64,000 bases of DNA, taken from positions 1 to 64,000 of the IMG/VR virus record IMGVR_UViG_3300044675_001501, one strand, 5' to 3'. Below, piece by piece: positions 33,501-44,160 of this stretch. The position numbers and the translations under genes are program-made. The notes under the pieces are model-generated. The model was not told the origin of the DNA. It saw only the letters and a list, made by a program, of their open reading frames with translations, and made no database searches. Within the stretch, counting starts at the first letter, position 1. Each line of letters starts with the position of its first letter. The stretch comes from a virus (lineage: Duplodnaviria; Heunggongvirae; Uroviricota; Caudoviricetes).

Positions 33501-36500
33501 AGCTGCTTCAAATTGATGCGTTCCAGAACCCAAGAAGTTTCCGCTGTTTAAGTTAATTGGAACAACAATAGGATTAACAGCATCTGCTACTGTCGCAGCA
33601 AGTCTGAACCAATCTTCTGTTATTTTAATAATGTAGTATGTTGTATTACTAATTAATGGACCGAATGGTGTTCCTGATGCTGTATATAATACAGGAGTTC
33701 CTGTAATCAATTTGTGTCCGACGCTATAAATCGCATTCCAGTTAAAGTCGACATTAATCTGAGGATTAATACCTAGAACACGTTTAGGAACAACAGCATT
33801 GTTAGGATTATTAAGGGTAAATTTATTTGTTGCGCCACCAGGAGCATTATTTGCGACAGTATACAACCCATCAATGGCTCCAGTAGTAACCCCAGTAGTC
33901 ATTGTGTGGGATGCGCCAGTTCCTTCTGCTGTTATATCAACAACAGTTGATTGACGTAAAGAACCAGTTCCAGAAGGAGTTCCAACAAACTTCACACGAT
34001 CATCTGCGGTATTGTTAATCGCACCAAGTTGAGTCCAGTACAATGTACATGTCGTAGTAGAATCTGCACGAACGTAGTAGAACGCACCATTGGTTAGTCC
34101 TGTAGCTGGTGTTGCTGACAAATATTGAACTAGACGACCAGTAGTAAACCCATGAGTTCCAGTTGTAATAACACCAGTCGCAGTCGCTAAGTTGGTAGTA
34201 TTCTGCGTAAATGAAATCGCAGCAGTATCCCAACCTGTTAACGTATCAGCTAACTGGAATCTATCGGTAGTAGAATTGAAAACGAATTTAGTTGATCCGC
34301 TTGTTAGTCCTCCAACTTCAGAGCCACCACCTGTTGCGTATGTTACAGAGGTTCCATTGTTTAATCCATGATTTTGTTTATAGATGGTGTCGCCAGCGGT
34401 ATTCGATGCTCTTCTTGTGAAGTAATGATTATTTCCAACAAAAGATAGTTTTGCGCCGAGGAAATAAATTCTACCAACATCTGTGCCATTATTATATGCA
34501 GCAAAAGCAGAAGTGTTTAGAGGCTCAGTAGCTTCAGCATCTTTGTAAATTTCTAGTGTTGTAGATGTTGCTGATTTAGCATAATATATCTTATGATCCC
34601 ATAGAGCATACCAAGGAGAAGCTGGTGCAGCAAAACCTTGGAAGTGAATAGGAACAACTGCGCCAACAGGGACGCTGTGCGCTGCAGTCGTAGCAACCGC
34701 AGTAGAGTTACTGGTGAATGCAGTAATCGCAAGGATCTGAGGGTTCAATGCTGGAATTAGCTGAGAAGCAGTACCGTTTGTTGACACTGCTCCATTGGTT
34801 CCACTATTAGCATATGTGAACGTATTAAATGTAGCTTGTAAAATTACTGCAGTTGCATTGTTAAAGGTTGTGTCAGTAACAGAAGCAATAGCAACTTGTG
34901 TTCCAATTTTGAAACCATGAGGAACAGCAGTAGTAACTGTAGCTACGTTATTATCTCTACGAATAGAAGCAATATTTACGCTGTTCGATGGGAATGTATA
35001 TGTTATTGAATTTGTCTCACCAACAGTAATCGCTGTAATAGATCCTCGTTTTAGTGTAGTAGAAGGAATCTTTGTGATTTCAAAGTAATCAGTAATTTGT
35101 GAGCCAACAAGAGGGAAATATGAGTTATCTTTAGGGTGAGCCCAAACACTCTGCAACCAGCTTGTTCCAATAGCAAGGTTATCTTCATCGCGAACTCCAT
35201 GTCCTGTATCAATAACAACCTTCGCAGTAGATATTGTAGAGAATGTTCCTGGAAGACCTCCTGGAGTCATAACATAAACAATAACACTTAGTGCTGGCGC
35301 AGTTCCTGATACGGCTCCAACTCTAATATCATAAGCATTGAAACGAGAATCTCCGATATATGTTAACTCCGCAGTGCCATCAGAAACCGCACCACTTGTG
35401 TGAGAAGGCGCTGATGTGCTGGTTGTTCCAGCAACAGAAACATTGTATAAATTATTATTCCAGAAAACTTTTTGGTTTAGTGTTAACGCAGTATTTGGAC
35501 CCCATGGTGTACCCATTTTTAGTGGTTGGTTATTTGCGTCAAAGAACTTGATTAAACCGCCATGGTGTGCAACGTTGGCTAAAGCGCTACCTCCTGCGAT
35601 ACGTGCTGCTGAAGTAAACGTGAATGTATTAGCACCAGCAGTAATAGTTGGAACTACAATGTTTGCTGTAGTTGACCATGCAGAAGATGGATACGAAATC
35701 GTCATCGATGTTCCACCAGAAGCCACAGCTGCAGTTTTCCAATTCCAATATGCGGTGTCAAATGTTGTGTTAACATTTGTTAGTGTCTTATCTGCAAATG
35801 CGTTAGCTGTATCTAAATGCGCACCAGCAGCGCTTGTTACTGCCAGAGCAGATCCAGCATCAGAAAGAAGTTTAAATCTATCTGTGGTTGCAGAGTCAAC
35901 AATAAAGTATGATCTATTTGTTAAACCAGTAGGAACAGAAGCTGCGGCTTGGGTTCCACCTGATGCCTCCCAGAAAACCAATTCTCCGTTTTGGAATCCG
36001 TGAGACTTAGAATACCAAGATCTACCAGTAGACCATGGTTGTGTATAGTTAATAGGAACAACATATCCATCAACAGAAGTGCCACTAAGAGTTAAATTAG
36101 ATCCACTAACAGTTGTTGACAAATTGAATGTTAGAATATCTGAACTTGCTGAACCATAGAGATCAAAACCAACATTATTGGTTTGAACTGCAAGAGAATT
36201 GTTTAATGGATTTTTAAGTTTAATTGTTAAAGTTCTAGTTGTTGTTCCTGTGTGGTTGGTTATCATACCAACTGGATTTACTGTAGAACCTGGGAATTCA
36301 CCAAAAGGGCTAACCTCATATGATTGATACAATCCAGTATTATTTCTTAAAACAATCTGGTGTCCTTTCGGAGTATTTCTTAGAGGAGTTCCTGTGAACA
36401 GTGCGCCAGCGTTTGATGCGGTAGCAAGAGTGAATGTTGCACCACCTTGCGTAGAGCTTAAAGTGATATCTGCGCTACTTTCGATAGTTTTAACATAATA

Positions 36501-39500
36501 CGTTGTGCCAGAAACAATATTACCGAAAGATGCACCTACAGTGAATGGTTGATTAACTGCAAGACCTTGAGTTGTATGTAGCGTTAGTCTATTAGTTCCA
36601 GCTGTGGTGTTTGTTGCAATAGTTGTTACGTTTGTAGCGCCAAGGAATCCTGACATGACGTCAGTCTTAACTACTGGTAATGGTCCATACGAATAGCAAG
36701 AAACACGCTGAGCTGAAGTAGTAGATAGAGTTGCTAAAGCCCCACCACGAGTAGTAGAAACTGTAAGTGTTGTTCCAGAAAGAACGCTTACAATGTAATA
36801 AAGTTGTCCAGAAGATAATCCACCAACGCTGGCATCAACTTCAAACATCTGACCAGCTTTCATACCAGTAGTGCTTGACACAGTAATTACGTTCGTTGTT
36901 ACAGCAGTGCCAGTAATTGTAGTAAATGCACCCTCATCAAAAGTTAATGATAATGTTGCAGCGTCTTGAGCCGCAAGAGCGATGGTGCCGATTGCGCCAT
37001 CAAGTTCTCCATTCGGACCACTATAACTAGAAAAATTTGCATTACCTGGAGCACTGTTAGATCCATTGGTTGCGCCGAAGGGTAAGGTTACTTGTGATTG
37101 GTGCGTGTCAGAATTTGGATTTCTGGCATACACAATGTTTGGCAATTGAGCTGGTGTCCAGTTATTAGTGAATGCTGTAGTTCCACCAATAGCAGTAGTC
37201 CATACAGCTAAAGGTTGGTTATCTAAAATCGCAGAATTGAGAGTATCTAAACACTGGACAAACATTGTTCCAGAAGCTGTTTGATAGTCATGAACTCTAG
37301 CTGCAGCCATAAAGGAATGTGGACCAAATCTATCTGTAGCAAGAGGGAATCTAGATGCAGCTGCTTGTACACCGAAGTTAACTGAAAGAGCAGTTCTTCT
37401 GTTTGCTTGTGTAACTAATACGCACTGTGTTGTCGAATCTGTAATAATAGTGCCGATTTGAGCAGTAAACGAAGCAGCAGTAGCAGTACCCATTGCTACT
37501 GGATTTGTAAACTGTTTAGGTGTAGCACTAGAATCGTTTACATCAGTAGTTGGTGTATCAGAAATTGTAATCTGAGTGCCAGACAAAACGTCTTTGACGT
37601 AGTATGTAGTATTTCCAAGAATACCAGCAAGGCTACCGTTAGCAGTACCAGTACCAGATGCTGCTCCATTAGTTGCGGCAGTGAATGTTGAACCAACAGC
37701 ATAAGTTACGCCAGATGTTCCAGCAATAGTATTCCACTGAGGTTGTGTAGTTGTTCCAAGAGCAGCAATAGTGTATTGCTGTCCTACAGTAAAATGACCT
37801 GCAGATACTGTTGGACCTTGAATGTGAGTGCTTAGATATGGGGTTACTGCAGTTCCTGGCACGAAACGAATTGCCATACCTGGAGTCATGTTTGCAGTAG
37901 CTGCTACAGTAACAATATTTCTCTCAGCGTTTAGGGAGTTACCGCTGATCACTGGAATGTTCAAGTAGCGATTAATTGTATAAGTACCAGCTGCTCCTGT
38001 ACCAGTGCCTCTTGCAGTAATGTAAGTTCCTGCTGGTACATGTCCATTAGTATCTGACAGATATGCTCCAAGGTCGAATGCAGTACCTGTTACAGTAGCG
38101 TTAACTGTCAATACGTTTCCTGAAATAGAGAACGAGGTTGTGCTACCTGTTTGGTTTAATGTTGCAGTGCCTGTTGTTGTGTTACCGTTATAGAATCCAG
38201 GTTTAGTTCTTACATAATAAACTGTAGGCGCAGTAATTTGCGATCCACCAATAGTAAGACCGCCATTTAGAGCACCCATGTTGTATAGGTATGGTCTATT
38301 ATCGATAAGACCATGAGAAGAAGCGAAAGTAATTACATTGGCTCTCGTTGAAGCGATGTAGTTTGTATCGTTTACACCTTTATGCTCAAGTAGATCTGCT
38401 GCGTTTTTACCCAATGTGAAAAATAAAGTTGGGCGAGATGCTCCAGCTGGGTTGAAGTTATACTTCTCAGCTGTCCATGTATATGGGTTAAATTTAGATG
38501 TGTTGTCTAGATCTAAAGAGTTTTCTGAGTAGCCGTTAGAAGATGATACGGTTTCGTTAGAAGAAGTTGTTCTGATAAACAACTGTCTCTTCCAGCTCTG
38601 CTGTGGATCTAAGAATACATCACCAGTGAATGTTGCATTAACAGCTTCGTTGTTTGGACCTCTAATACTAAAAGTTAAACTAGATAGAGAATAATTTACT
38701 AAATCTGCTTTTATTAATCTAGCATCAATTGTATCGTTTTCGCAGTCAAATGTTACTTCCCAGATTATTGTAGTATTAGTTGATCCGTCTTGAAACTCTT
38801 TACCTTCCCATCTAATTCTAAGGCTGGTAGTTGTTGTTGAAAAATAAAGTTTCTTAAGATTAAAGTCCCCAGTTAAGAAGTTAATCTTTGGAGAATATGT
38901 ATTGTTATTATCAACGCCATTCCAAGCAGCAACATCAACAGCAGGACCATTACCAATTACGCTTGTGCTATTTGTAAAGTGAATAGTCGAATTAGATGTT
39001 ACCCAAACACGGTCAAAGGTTTGGTCGAAAATTTTAAACGGCATTGATTCTGGGAATAGTACTCTGTAAACACCCTCATCAATACCAACGTTTGATGTTG
39101 TTGCATCACCATCAATAATTAATGTCATACCCAGAGTTCCTGGGTCTGTAATGCCAGAAGTTCCAAAGGTTACGTATGCTTTGTCTGTATAACCATTGTT
39201 ATCAGTAACTACAGCATCATCTGTTCTTAGTATTGCTTGGTTTTCAGTGTAAATTAAAGAAGTAACTAATGTTGAATCGAATGTAATCTGCTGCGATGTT
39301 AGGCTGTTTAGAAGAATAAATGTAGTGCCAATAGCAAATCCATGTGGACCATTGGTTGTAATTGTAATAGTAGATGGGCTTTCTCCATCTGTTGCGATCG
39401 CGCCAAGAGATTCTAACTTAAATTCAGTTCCTTGGTATAATGATGCAAGATAAATTTCTGTAGAGCTTTCTCTTACAGAACCTGTAATTGGTGATGTTCT

Positions 39501-39899
39501 TCTTGCTCTGTATGTAAACGATGTTGATGATGGAGTTGTTAAAACAACGTATGTACCGTCAGCAAACTGTAGATTAGCACCTTTAACAATAATTGAGTTA
39601 CCAACAACAAGACCATGATCCTCAGAAGTGGTAACTGTGATCGTGTTGCTTCCTGAGATTGCAGTCATTGTTAAAATGCTTAAACTCAAAGAACCATCTC
39701 GAGCAAAGAAAGTAGGAATATTATTGATGAGCTCTAAAGTTTCCCACTTTGAAGATTGCAAACCGTATTCGAAGTCAGTATCAATTAAGTTAGATGGCTC
39801 AGAGACACGCATCTTAGACACTGGGTCATAGATGGTCTCATTAGGTTCAATATAAACTGAACCAGCGATTCTGTTTGCTTTTAATACGTCAAGAGACAT
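30558..39899 (-). CDS. giant virion structural protein, paralog A (3113 aa; baseplate/tail-fibre associated)
   Basis: An uninterrupted 9.3-kb ORF. It has at least 10 HG(F/L)xxGxx(V/I) ... YYV ... F.LA modules. Its N-terminal motif (DPVSKMRVSEPSNLIDTDFEYGLQSSKWE) and its C-terminal 709 aa are homologous to ORF 45419-55813. Confidence 0.8.
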   Translation of the reverse strand: MSLDVLKANRIAGSVYIEPNETIYDPVSKMRVSEPSNLIDTDFEYGLQSSKWETLELINNIPTFFARDGSLSLSILTMTAISGSNTITVTTSEDHGLVVGNSIIVKGANLQFADGTYVVLTTPSSTSFTYRARRTSPITGSVRESSTEIYLASLYQGTEFKLESLGAIATDGESPSTITITTNGPHGFAIGTTFILLNSLTSQQITFDSTLVTSLIYTENQAILRTDDAVVTDNNGYTDKAYVTFGTSGITDPGTLGMTLIIDGDATTSNVGIDEGVYRVLFPESMPFKIFDQTFDRVWVTSNSTIHFTNSTSVIGNGPAVDVAAWNGVDNNNTYSPKINFLTGDFNLKKLYFSTTTTSLRIRWEGKEFQDGSTNTTIIWEVTFDCENDTIDARLIKADLVNYSLSSLTFSIRGPNNEAVNATFTGDVFLDPQQSWKRQLFIRTTSSNETVSSSNGYSENSLDLDNTSKFNPYTWTAEKYNFNPAGASRPTLFFTLGKNAADLLEHKGVNDTNYIASTRANVITFASSHGLIDNRPYLYNMGALNGGLTIGGSQITAPTVYYVRTKPGFYNGNTTTGTATLNQTGSTTSFSISGNVLTVNATVTGTAFDLGAYLSDTNGHVPAGTYITARGTGTGAAGTYTINRYLNIPVISGNSLNAERNIVTVAATANMTPGMAIRFVPGTAVTPYLSTHIQGPTVSAGHFTVGQQYTIAALGTTTQPQWNTIAGTSGVTYAVGSTFTAATNGAASGTGTANGSLAGILGNTTYYVKDVLSGTQITISDTPTTDVNDSSATPKQFTNPVAMGTATAASFTAQIGTIITDSTTQCVLVTQANRRTALSVNFGVQAAASRFPLATDRFGPHSFMAAARVHDYQTASGTMFVQCLDTLNSAILDNQPLAVWTTAIGGTTAFTNNWTPAQLPNIVYARNPNSDTHQSQVTLPFGATNGSNSAPGNANFSSYSGPNGELDGAIGTIALAAQDAATLSLTFDEGAFTTITGTAVTTNVITVSSTTGMKAGQMFEVDASVGGLSSGQLYYIVSVLSGTTLTVSTTRGGALATLSTTSAQRVSCYSYGPLPVVKTDVMSGFLGATNVTTIATNTTAGTNRLTLHTTQGLAVNQPFTVGASFGNIVSGTTYYVKTIESSADITLSSTQGGATFTLATASNAGALFTGTPLRNTPKGHQIVLRNNTGLYQSYEVSPFGEFPGSTVNPVGMITNHTGTTTRTLTIKLKNPLNNSLAVQTNNVGFDLYGSASSDILTFNLSTTVSGSNLTLSGTSVDGYVVPINYTQPWSTGRSWYSKSHGFQNGELVFWEASGGTQAAASVPTGLTNRSYFIVDSATTDRFKLLSDAGSALAVTSAAGAHLDTANAFADKTLTNVNTTFDTAYWNWKTAAVASGGTSMTISYPSSAWSTTANIVVPTITAGANTFTFTSAARIAGGSALANVAHHGGLIKFFDANNQPLKMGTPWGPNTALTLNQKVFWNNNLYNVSVAGTTSTSAPSHTSGAVSDGTAELTYIGDSRFNAYDIRVGAVSGTAPALSVIVYVMTPGGLPGTFSTISTAKVVIDTGHGVRDEDNLAIGTSWLQSVWAHPKDNSYFPLVGSQITDYFEITKIPSTTLKRGSITAITVGETNSITYTFPSNSVNIASIRRDNNVATVTTAVPHGFKIGTQVAIASVTDTTFNNATAVILQATFNTFTYANSGTNGAVSTNGTASQLIPALNPQILAITAFTSNSTAVATTAAHSVPVGAVVPIHFQGFAAPASPWYALWDHKIYYAKSATSTTLEIYKDAEATEPLNTSAFAAYNNGTDVGRIYFLGAKLSFVGNNHYFTRRASNTAGDTIYKQNHGLNNGTSVTYATGGGSEVGGLTSGSTKFVFNSTTDRFQLADTLTGWDTAAISFTQNTTNLATATGVITTGTHGFTTGRLVQYLSATPATGLTNGAFYYVRADSTTTCTLYWTQLGAINNTADDRVKFVGTPSGTGSLRQSTVVDITAEGTGASHTMTTGVTTGAIDGLYTVANNAPGGATNKFTLNNPNNAVVPKRVLGINPQINVDFNWNAIYSVGHKLITGTPVLYTASGTPFGPLISNTTYYIIKITEDWFRLAATVADAVNPIVVPINLNSGNFLGSGTHQFEAASVVGSIVGAGTIALAAGTTKVVGNNTNFSTAFKSGDNFYWNYPAVYTAKTTTFVSSTFTSAAHGMLTGMSVRWNSTVAAPTGLINGGIYYVRWASAADFNLAPTYNDAVNGTNLIVASGGSGVHTVSLIVPGNTGVSLISTVNSRTVLNLVDTIPINEQYKLPVTSISLTSASPDITVAFPMPCPFPAGSVIVLTGTGNTTQIDNIPLIVKTNAGSNSTSIVVTMQTNAAATATIPATTTASTVNAINCHGFPATNTYDVTSSLLLRADSSALHRPYDGGVELISTDSPNARVVRQTRKYFRYQSGKGIQVSFAINFSPSVPINSVTGNSNYYATVTTRVPHRCTAGLDITISGDTGSTYNGSFTIYDIIDDYSFRISLNFPYSNVSSGRPQFYVNSWNNATVRCGLFDDQNGMFFEYNGSTLSVCRRNSTVQLGGTASVIFNSNQIVGTGTQYVTELVSGDYVVIKGQSYKVIEIPNNNTFYVQPSYRGSTSTNVVVSKTNEIRVPQSSWNLDVCNGSGPTGYTLDIRKIQMAYMDYSWYGAGKVRFGFKTTDGVVRYVHQIVHNNLETEAYLRSGNLPARYEVDTGVSPSFIPKLAHWGTSVIMDGGFDDDKAYLFSATSNQIRTSTGTSGTISVTGGTQASVSQTFTANNLVIGRSYTINTAGSTTWTSYGAANNNVGTSFVCTAVAPSLAAAGGVTAGNAFELGKWYAYNNGGKLIGEIGFAIEIPTHADTYFSINANSGISGNGIVAGTLTANPTNSSIGSQPYLRQVRVSPTSNILKNLLVVNARPSSIQATNTTYTVSQAVDLTKTIPLLSLRLSPSVDNGIPGLLGEREIINRMQLNLKALDVLSTHEIELSLVLNADLDNLDWKRVTAPSLSQVVYHNISDTIDQGSVIFSFRVPPGNQLTTPNNRAQALTSIDLREIATLGNSIMGGNGVFPDGPDVLTLRMRYIGLASDVTAAATFAASCRLSWTESQA

Positions 39900-39926
39900 T
39901 TTTTCTCCAATTTTCCAATAGTTTTA

Positions 39927-39934
39927 TTATTTAT
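39927..39934 (-). promoter_or_regulatory. candidate late promoter (CATAAATA, NATAAATA class)
   Basis: Lies 27 nt upstream of the ATG of giant paralog A and overlaps the upstream stop codon. Confidence 0.35.
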
Positions 39935-41622
39935 GTTCCACCACGAACCTTAAACACATTATAGCGAATAACGATTCTATCATCTGGATTTGGCGCTTCT
40001 GTAAAAATTAAAGTGCTACCAGAAGTGTAGTACGAATAAGAAGATCCTGGTGTTTGAGGAACGCCACCAACAGTAACAAATATCTCGTCTTCAGCCATCG
40101 CAGCAGCTAATGCGTATGAGGTTGTAGTTCCGTCACCAGTGTATATAGTTCTACTATATTTAGGCGTAAATTCTAACGCAGAACCAGAAGAATTTAATAG
40201 TGGAGTTGCCGCACTTAATCTTAAAGATGTTGCGTTAATCGTTCCAACAACATCTAATGGAAAAACTGCTGTAGTGTTTAAAGTTCTTGGTGTGCTGGCT
40301 GTTCCACTAGAAGTACCATTTACTGGGCTTAGAGCAACTGACAGATAATAATAAAAACCAGAAACTTGTCCATACGCACCACCAGAGGCATTAGCTGTTG
40401 CTAGAGAGTTTGTTCTAGCGGTAGTAAATGTTGAGCTATGAGTTCTTGTGTTAGCTGAAGGTACAGTCTCAACCAGAAACCATGATGTGCTAAATGAAGT
40501 TTTTCTATAAACTTTATATGATGTTGCGCCAGTAACAGCACTCCATGTTACTGTTGCTGTGTGGCTAGTTGGTGATGCGCCAGCGGAATAAAAGCGAGAT
40601 GAGGTTGCGGTTCCTATGGTTTCTCCGTATGCATTAACTGCTGTAACTGCAAAGGAGACCAAAATTGCTCCAGTAGAATTAAGAGAAGAACCAGTTGCAT
40701 ATGTTATAGATGTTTCGCTTAATGATGTAACTGCGCTACTACCAGTAATATGTAAATTACCACCTCTAATACCACCTGCAACTTTTAATGCACCAGCAGA
40801 AGATGTTGAAGGTGTTGTGCTACCTAGAGTTATGTCTCCAGTTGGACCATCAATACTAAATTTTGTTGTTAAAATATCTACATCAACCAAAGTGCCAGTT
40901 GTTTCGCTAACAAGAAGAGGGTATAATGTTCCAGTTGCGTTTGTGGTGTCAGTAATAGCAATAGCATCTGAAGACTGAACCCACTGAACTCCTGTCCCTG
41001 TTGATTTAAGAACATAATTATTAGTTCCAGCGCTACCACCAGCAGTAATTGTTCCAGTTAGGATTAAATTGTTTATTGTTTTACCACTTAGACTTTGCGT
41101 GGAGTCAGTGTCTACAATTGTTTTTCTACCAGTAGCGGTGCCGATGGTTAGAATATTATCATCTGTATCCCAGAAGATAGAACCTTCCGCAGTTTGCGCA
41201 GCGGAAGCACCTTGAGGTAAAACAAGAGAACCTGCTGCTGCATCAATTGTTGGGTTGTTGATTGTTGGGGATGTTAAAGTTTTGTTTGTTAAAGTTTGTG
41301 TATGATCTTTAAAAACAAATTCATCGTTACCAGATAATATTGGTAACGTAATTGTTCTTGTTCCATCCAACTCTCCGACTGCAAACTGGTAAAAATGATC
41401 ACCAGTAGTATCCCCGATCTTAGGGAGAGTCAATACTTTGTTGGATAAAGTTTGCGATGTGTTTGTTCCGACTAAGGTAGTTGTTACCTGTGGAAGAGTA
41501 AGAATCTTGTCACTGTCAACAATAATCCCATTACCTGTTAGGTCTAGATTATCGCCAGAGGCAAGTTCTTCAATTGTGTTGGTTTGTCCAGATTTAACTA
41601 TTAGAGGAAAACGATTTGCCAT
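39931..41622 (-). CDS. tail-fibre-like protein (563 aa)
   Basis: T/S/G-rich and beta-rich. The C-terminus carries a GDG-TT-(F/Y)-L ... V.V.G(V).Q.PG..Y ... (I/L).F..AP domain, which is also seen at the N-termini of ORFs 44783-45409 and 56084-59635. Confidence 0.6.
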   Translation of the reverse strand: MANRFPLIVKSGQTNTIEELASGDNLDLTGNGIIVDSDKILTLPQVTTTLVGTNTSQTLSNKVLTLPKIGDTTGDHFYQFAVGELDGTRTITLPILSGNDEFVFKDHTQTLTNKTLTSPTINNPTIDAAAGSLVLPQGASAAQTAEGSIFWDTDDNILTIGTATGRKTIVDTDSTQSLSGKTINNLILTGTITAGGSAGTNNYVLKSTGTGVQWVQSSDAIAITDTTNATGTLYPLLVSETTGTLVDVDILTTKFSIDGPTGDITLGSTTPSTSSAGALKVAGGIRGGNLHITGSSAVTSLSETSITYATGSSLNSTGAILVSFAVTAVNAYGETIGTATSSRFYSAGASPTSHTATVTWSAVTGATSYKVYRKTSFSTSWFLVETVPSANTRTHSSTFTTARTNSLATANASGGAYGQVSGFYYYLSVALSPVNGTSSGTASTPRTLNTTAVFPLDVVGTINATSLRLSAATPLLNSSGSALEFTPKYSRTIYTGDGTTTSYALAAAMAEDEIFVTVGGVPQTPGSSYSYYTSGSTLIFTEAPNPDDRIVIRYNVFKVRGGT

Positions 41623-41924
41623 TATACTGCCACTCCTACGACTCCAGTTGGGCTAGTGGATGTCCTAACAATTATTCCTAGAACCCCAGAAGTCACAGAA
41701 ACTACTACAGCATCTTCTTGTAGTAAATCTCCCCTTTGATACACTCTTAATGACGAGGAGCCGCCACCAGCCCCACCGCCAATTAATCCAACCGTGTTAT
41801 TTTGATTTTTGTAATACAGTTTACCGTCAGCGTAGTTGAGAGCCAACTCACCGTATTCTAAGTCTGTATTTAGTGGTATCTTTCCAACTATACTAGACTT
41901 CTTAAGTATAATTCTGTTTGCCAT
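41622..41924 (-). CDS. small fibre-associated protein with the N-terminal tail-fibre motif
   Basis: The N-terminus reads MANRIILKKSSIVGKIPLNTDLEYGELALNYADGKLYYK. This is the R/K-S-x-x-x-G-x-x-P-x-x-x-x-L-x-x-GELA-x-N-x-x-D-x-x-LY motif found at the N-termini of many phage fibres. Confidence 0.55.
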   Translation of the reverse strand: MANRIILKKSSIVGKIPLNTDLEYGELALNYADGKLYYKNQNNTVGLIGGGAGGGSSSLRVYQRGDLLQEDAVVVSVTSGVLGIIVRTSTSPTGVVGVAV

Positions 41925-41986
41925 TATAATCCTTAAAAAAGGGTATCACTGAATGATGTGGAGTAAAAACTCCATAATGCTTTTAT

Positions 41987-44146
41987 TTAGTAAGTGCCAC
42001 CTTCAATATTAAATCCGTCAATGTCAGAAGTTGCAGCGCCAGCACCAATGATATCTGCAGCAGTTCTAATATTTTTTAGAATACCCAAACCACCAGCAAT
42101 AACAACAGAAGCAGCAGTAGTTGATGTAGCTTCAGTCGTATCAGCGATTGCCATTTTACCAAATCTAACATTACCATAAATTCCAGTTACGCGAGGGTCG
42201 AATGTTGATCCAGTTTCTGCAGCATCAGCAATAAAAACAAATTCAGATAGCGAATCATCATAACCGAAGAAACCATGTTTAGCCATTCCAGCGCCAGACG
42301 AATCATACCAGTGAAACTTAATACCACGATCTAAGTTGTCGTCAGATATAGCATCAAGTTCTCCACCTAAAGTGAAGATTGGGTCATCAATTGCAATCTG
42401 TGTAGAATTAATGGTAGTAGTTGTACCATCAACTTGCAAGTTACCTTTGATGATAACAGTACCACCGTTATCGTTTACTGGAGCTGGATCAAGATAGAGA
42501 GTGTTACTATTATCAGTAGTAGAAATTGTATTACCATCAATTCGAATGTTATCGATATTCGCTTGACCAGTAATTGTTACAGTAGAATCATTACCAGAAC
42601 CAGCAGTTCCTCTAATGGTTACTGTATTAGAATTTAGAATTGTTTCAGCAGTTGTAGCAATAATGCTATTGTTTGTGCCTGTGGCATCGATAGTTACATT
42701 AGTTGCATTAACGTCTAAGGTTGTTACATTAACTTCAACCTCGTCTGACGCTACAGTTGTCTTAACTGAAGAAGTTAATGATAAGTTATCTGTGCTAGAA
42801 GAACCAACTAAAATTTGAGCAGCACCAGTCCCAGAATTTATTGCATCAATTGTAAGAGTTTTAGTTGCTGCGCTGTTGGTTGTAATTGTTAAATTAGAAC
42901 TATCGGTTGCATCGATAGAAATAGAAGTAGCGTCTAATGTAAATAGATTCTTTACATTAACATCCATGTTGGCATCGCCAACAGAGTTATCAGATTTTAA
43001 CTCATAGGTGATTGCAGTGCCAGTAGCGGCATCAACACCCATAGTTGTTGTATTGCTACCAGTGATAGAAACTGTAGTGCCATAAATTGTTGTCGCTACT
43101 CTTGCGCCAGACGCACCGATTGTTGTTGCGCTATCAATCTGAACTGTACCGTCAACCTCAAGATTTCCAAGAACATGAGCATTATGGTTTATTGTTGTTG
43201 TACCAGTGTTAGCACCGATGCTAACAGTTGAGGCTCCCAAGAACGCATTAACGGTAGATGGACCATCATTAGTTAGTGATGCTTCTGTGTCTTTATTTAA
43301 TAAGTTGAATGTTGACTGATTAGAATATAAGTCACCACCATTAATAGCGAAGTCGCCAGAAATAATCTGCGCACCAGTTACAGCGAAGTCGCCTTGGACA
43401 TTCAAGTTACCTGCGATACCAACTCCACCATCAACAACCAAAGCACCATTATTATATGCTGTTGAAGCTGTTGTTGCGTTAATATTAACAGTAGCAATCT
43501 TAGATTCGATATCTAGACTGTTGGTGTCAACAGCCATCGCAAGAGTGCCATCAGTATAGAATCTTAATGTATCATCAGATCCTGCTGGTGTGCTTTCTGC
43601 AGTAATATATGTCAAACCATCTACTGAGCGAACACCACCAAGCGATGACCAGTTTGAACCAGAGTAACCTTCAAATTGAGAGATTTCACTATTATAGCGA
43701 ATAGCACCCTGAACTGCTGGACCTTGTTGCGCTGATGTTCCTACTGGAATTACAACACCATTAGTTCCGATAATATGAACGTAACCAGTGCCAGCTGGAT
43801 CTAATTCAATATTACCATTGGTATCAGTAGAAGAAATCTTATTACCATTGATAGTAATATTATCAACATTTAATTCATCAATTTTCTTATTAGCATCAAC
43901 AATAATTGCAGAGTTTGCAGTTAGAGTTCCGTGTACATGATCAAGTAGGTCAGTAAAATATTTACCACCGATAACATAAGTATTAGCAGCATTACCTGCA
44001 GTTTCTGGACCAAAACCTATGTATAATCTATCACCACCGTTTGCTTGCGTACCACCTGCAGCAGAGTATGCCAATTCACCATTGGCTAATGGTGTTGGCG
44101 CAGAAGCTGCTGTGCCAGAACGCTTGATACGAATAATTGATGCCAT
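41987..44146 (-). CDS. tail-fibre protein (719 aa)
   Basis: The N-terminus is IIRIKRSGTAASAPTPLANGELAY. The motif P.GT.AQ...P..G.IRYN.....FEGY.G..W is present. The body is long, T/S/N-rich and beta-helical-looking. Confidence 0.7.
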   Translation of the reverse strand: MASIIRIKRSGTAASAPTPLANGELAYSAAGGTQANGGDRLYIGFGPETAGNAANTYVIGGKYFTDLLDHVHGTLTANSAIIVDANKKIDELNVDNITINGNKISSTDTNGNIELDPAGTGYVHIIGTNGVVIPVGTSAQQGPAVQGAIRYNSEISQFEGYSGSNWSSLGGVRSVDGLTYITAESTPAGSDDTLRFYTDGTLAMAVDTNSLDIESKIATVNINATTASTAYNNGALVVDGGVGIAGNLNVQGDFAVTGAQIISGDFAINGGDLYSNQSTFNLLNKDTEASLTNDGPSTVNAFLGASTVSIGANTGTTTINHNAHVLGNLEVDGTVQIDSATTIGASGARVATTIYGTTVSITGSNTTTMGVDAATGTAITYELKSDNSVGDANMDVNVKNLFTLDATSISIDATDSSNLTITTNSAATKTLTIDAINSGTGAAQILVGSSSTDNLSLTSSVKTTVASDEVEVNVTTLDVNATNVTIDATGTNNSIIATTAETILNSNTVTIRGTAGSGNDSTVTITGQANIDNIRIDGNTISTTDNSNTLYLDPAPVNDNGGTVIIKGNLQVDGTTTTINSTQIAIDDPIFTLGGELDAISDDNLDRGIKFHWYDSSGAGMAKHGFFGYDDSLSEFVFIADAAETGSTFDPRVTGIYGNVRFGKMAIADTTEATSTTAASVVIAGGLGILKNIRTAADIIGAGAATSDIDGFNIEGGTY

Positions 44147-44160
44147 CTACTTATCTCCGA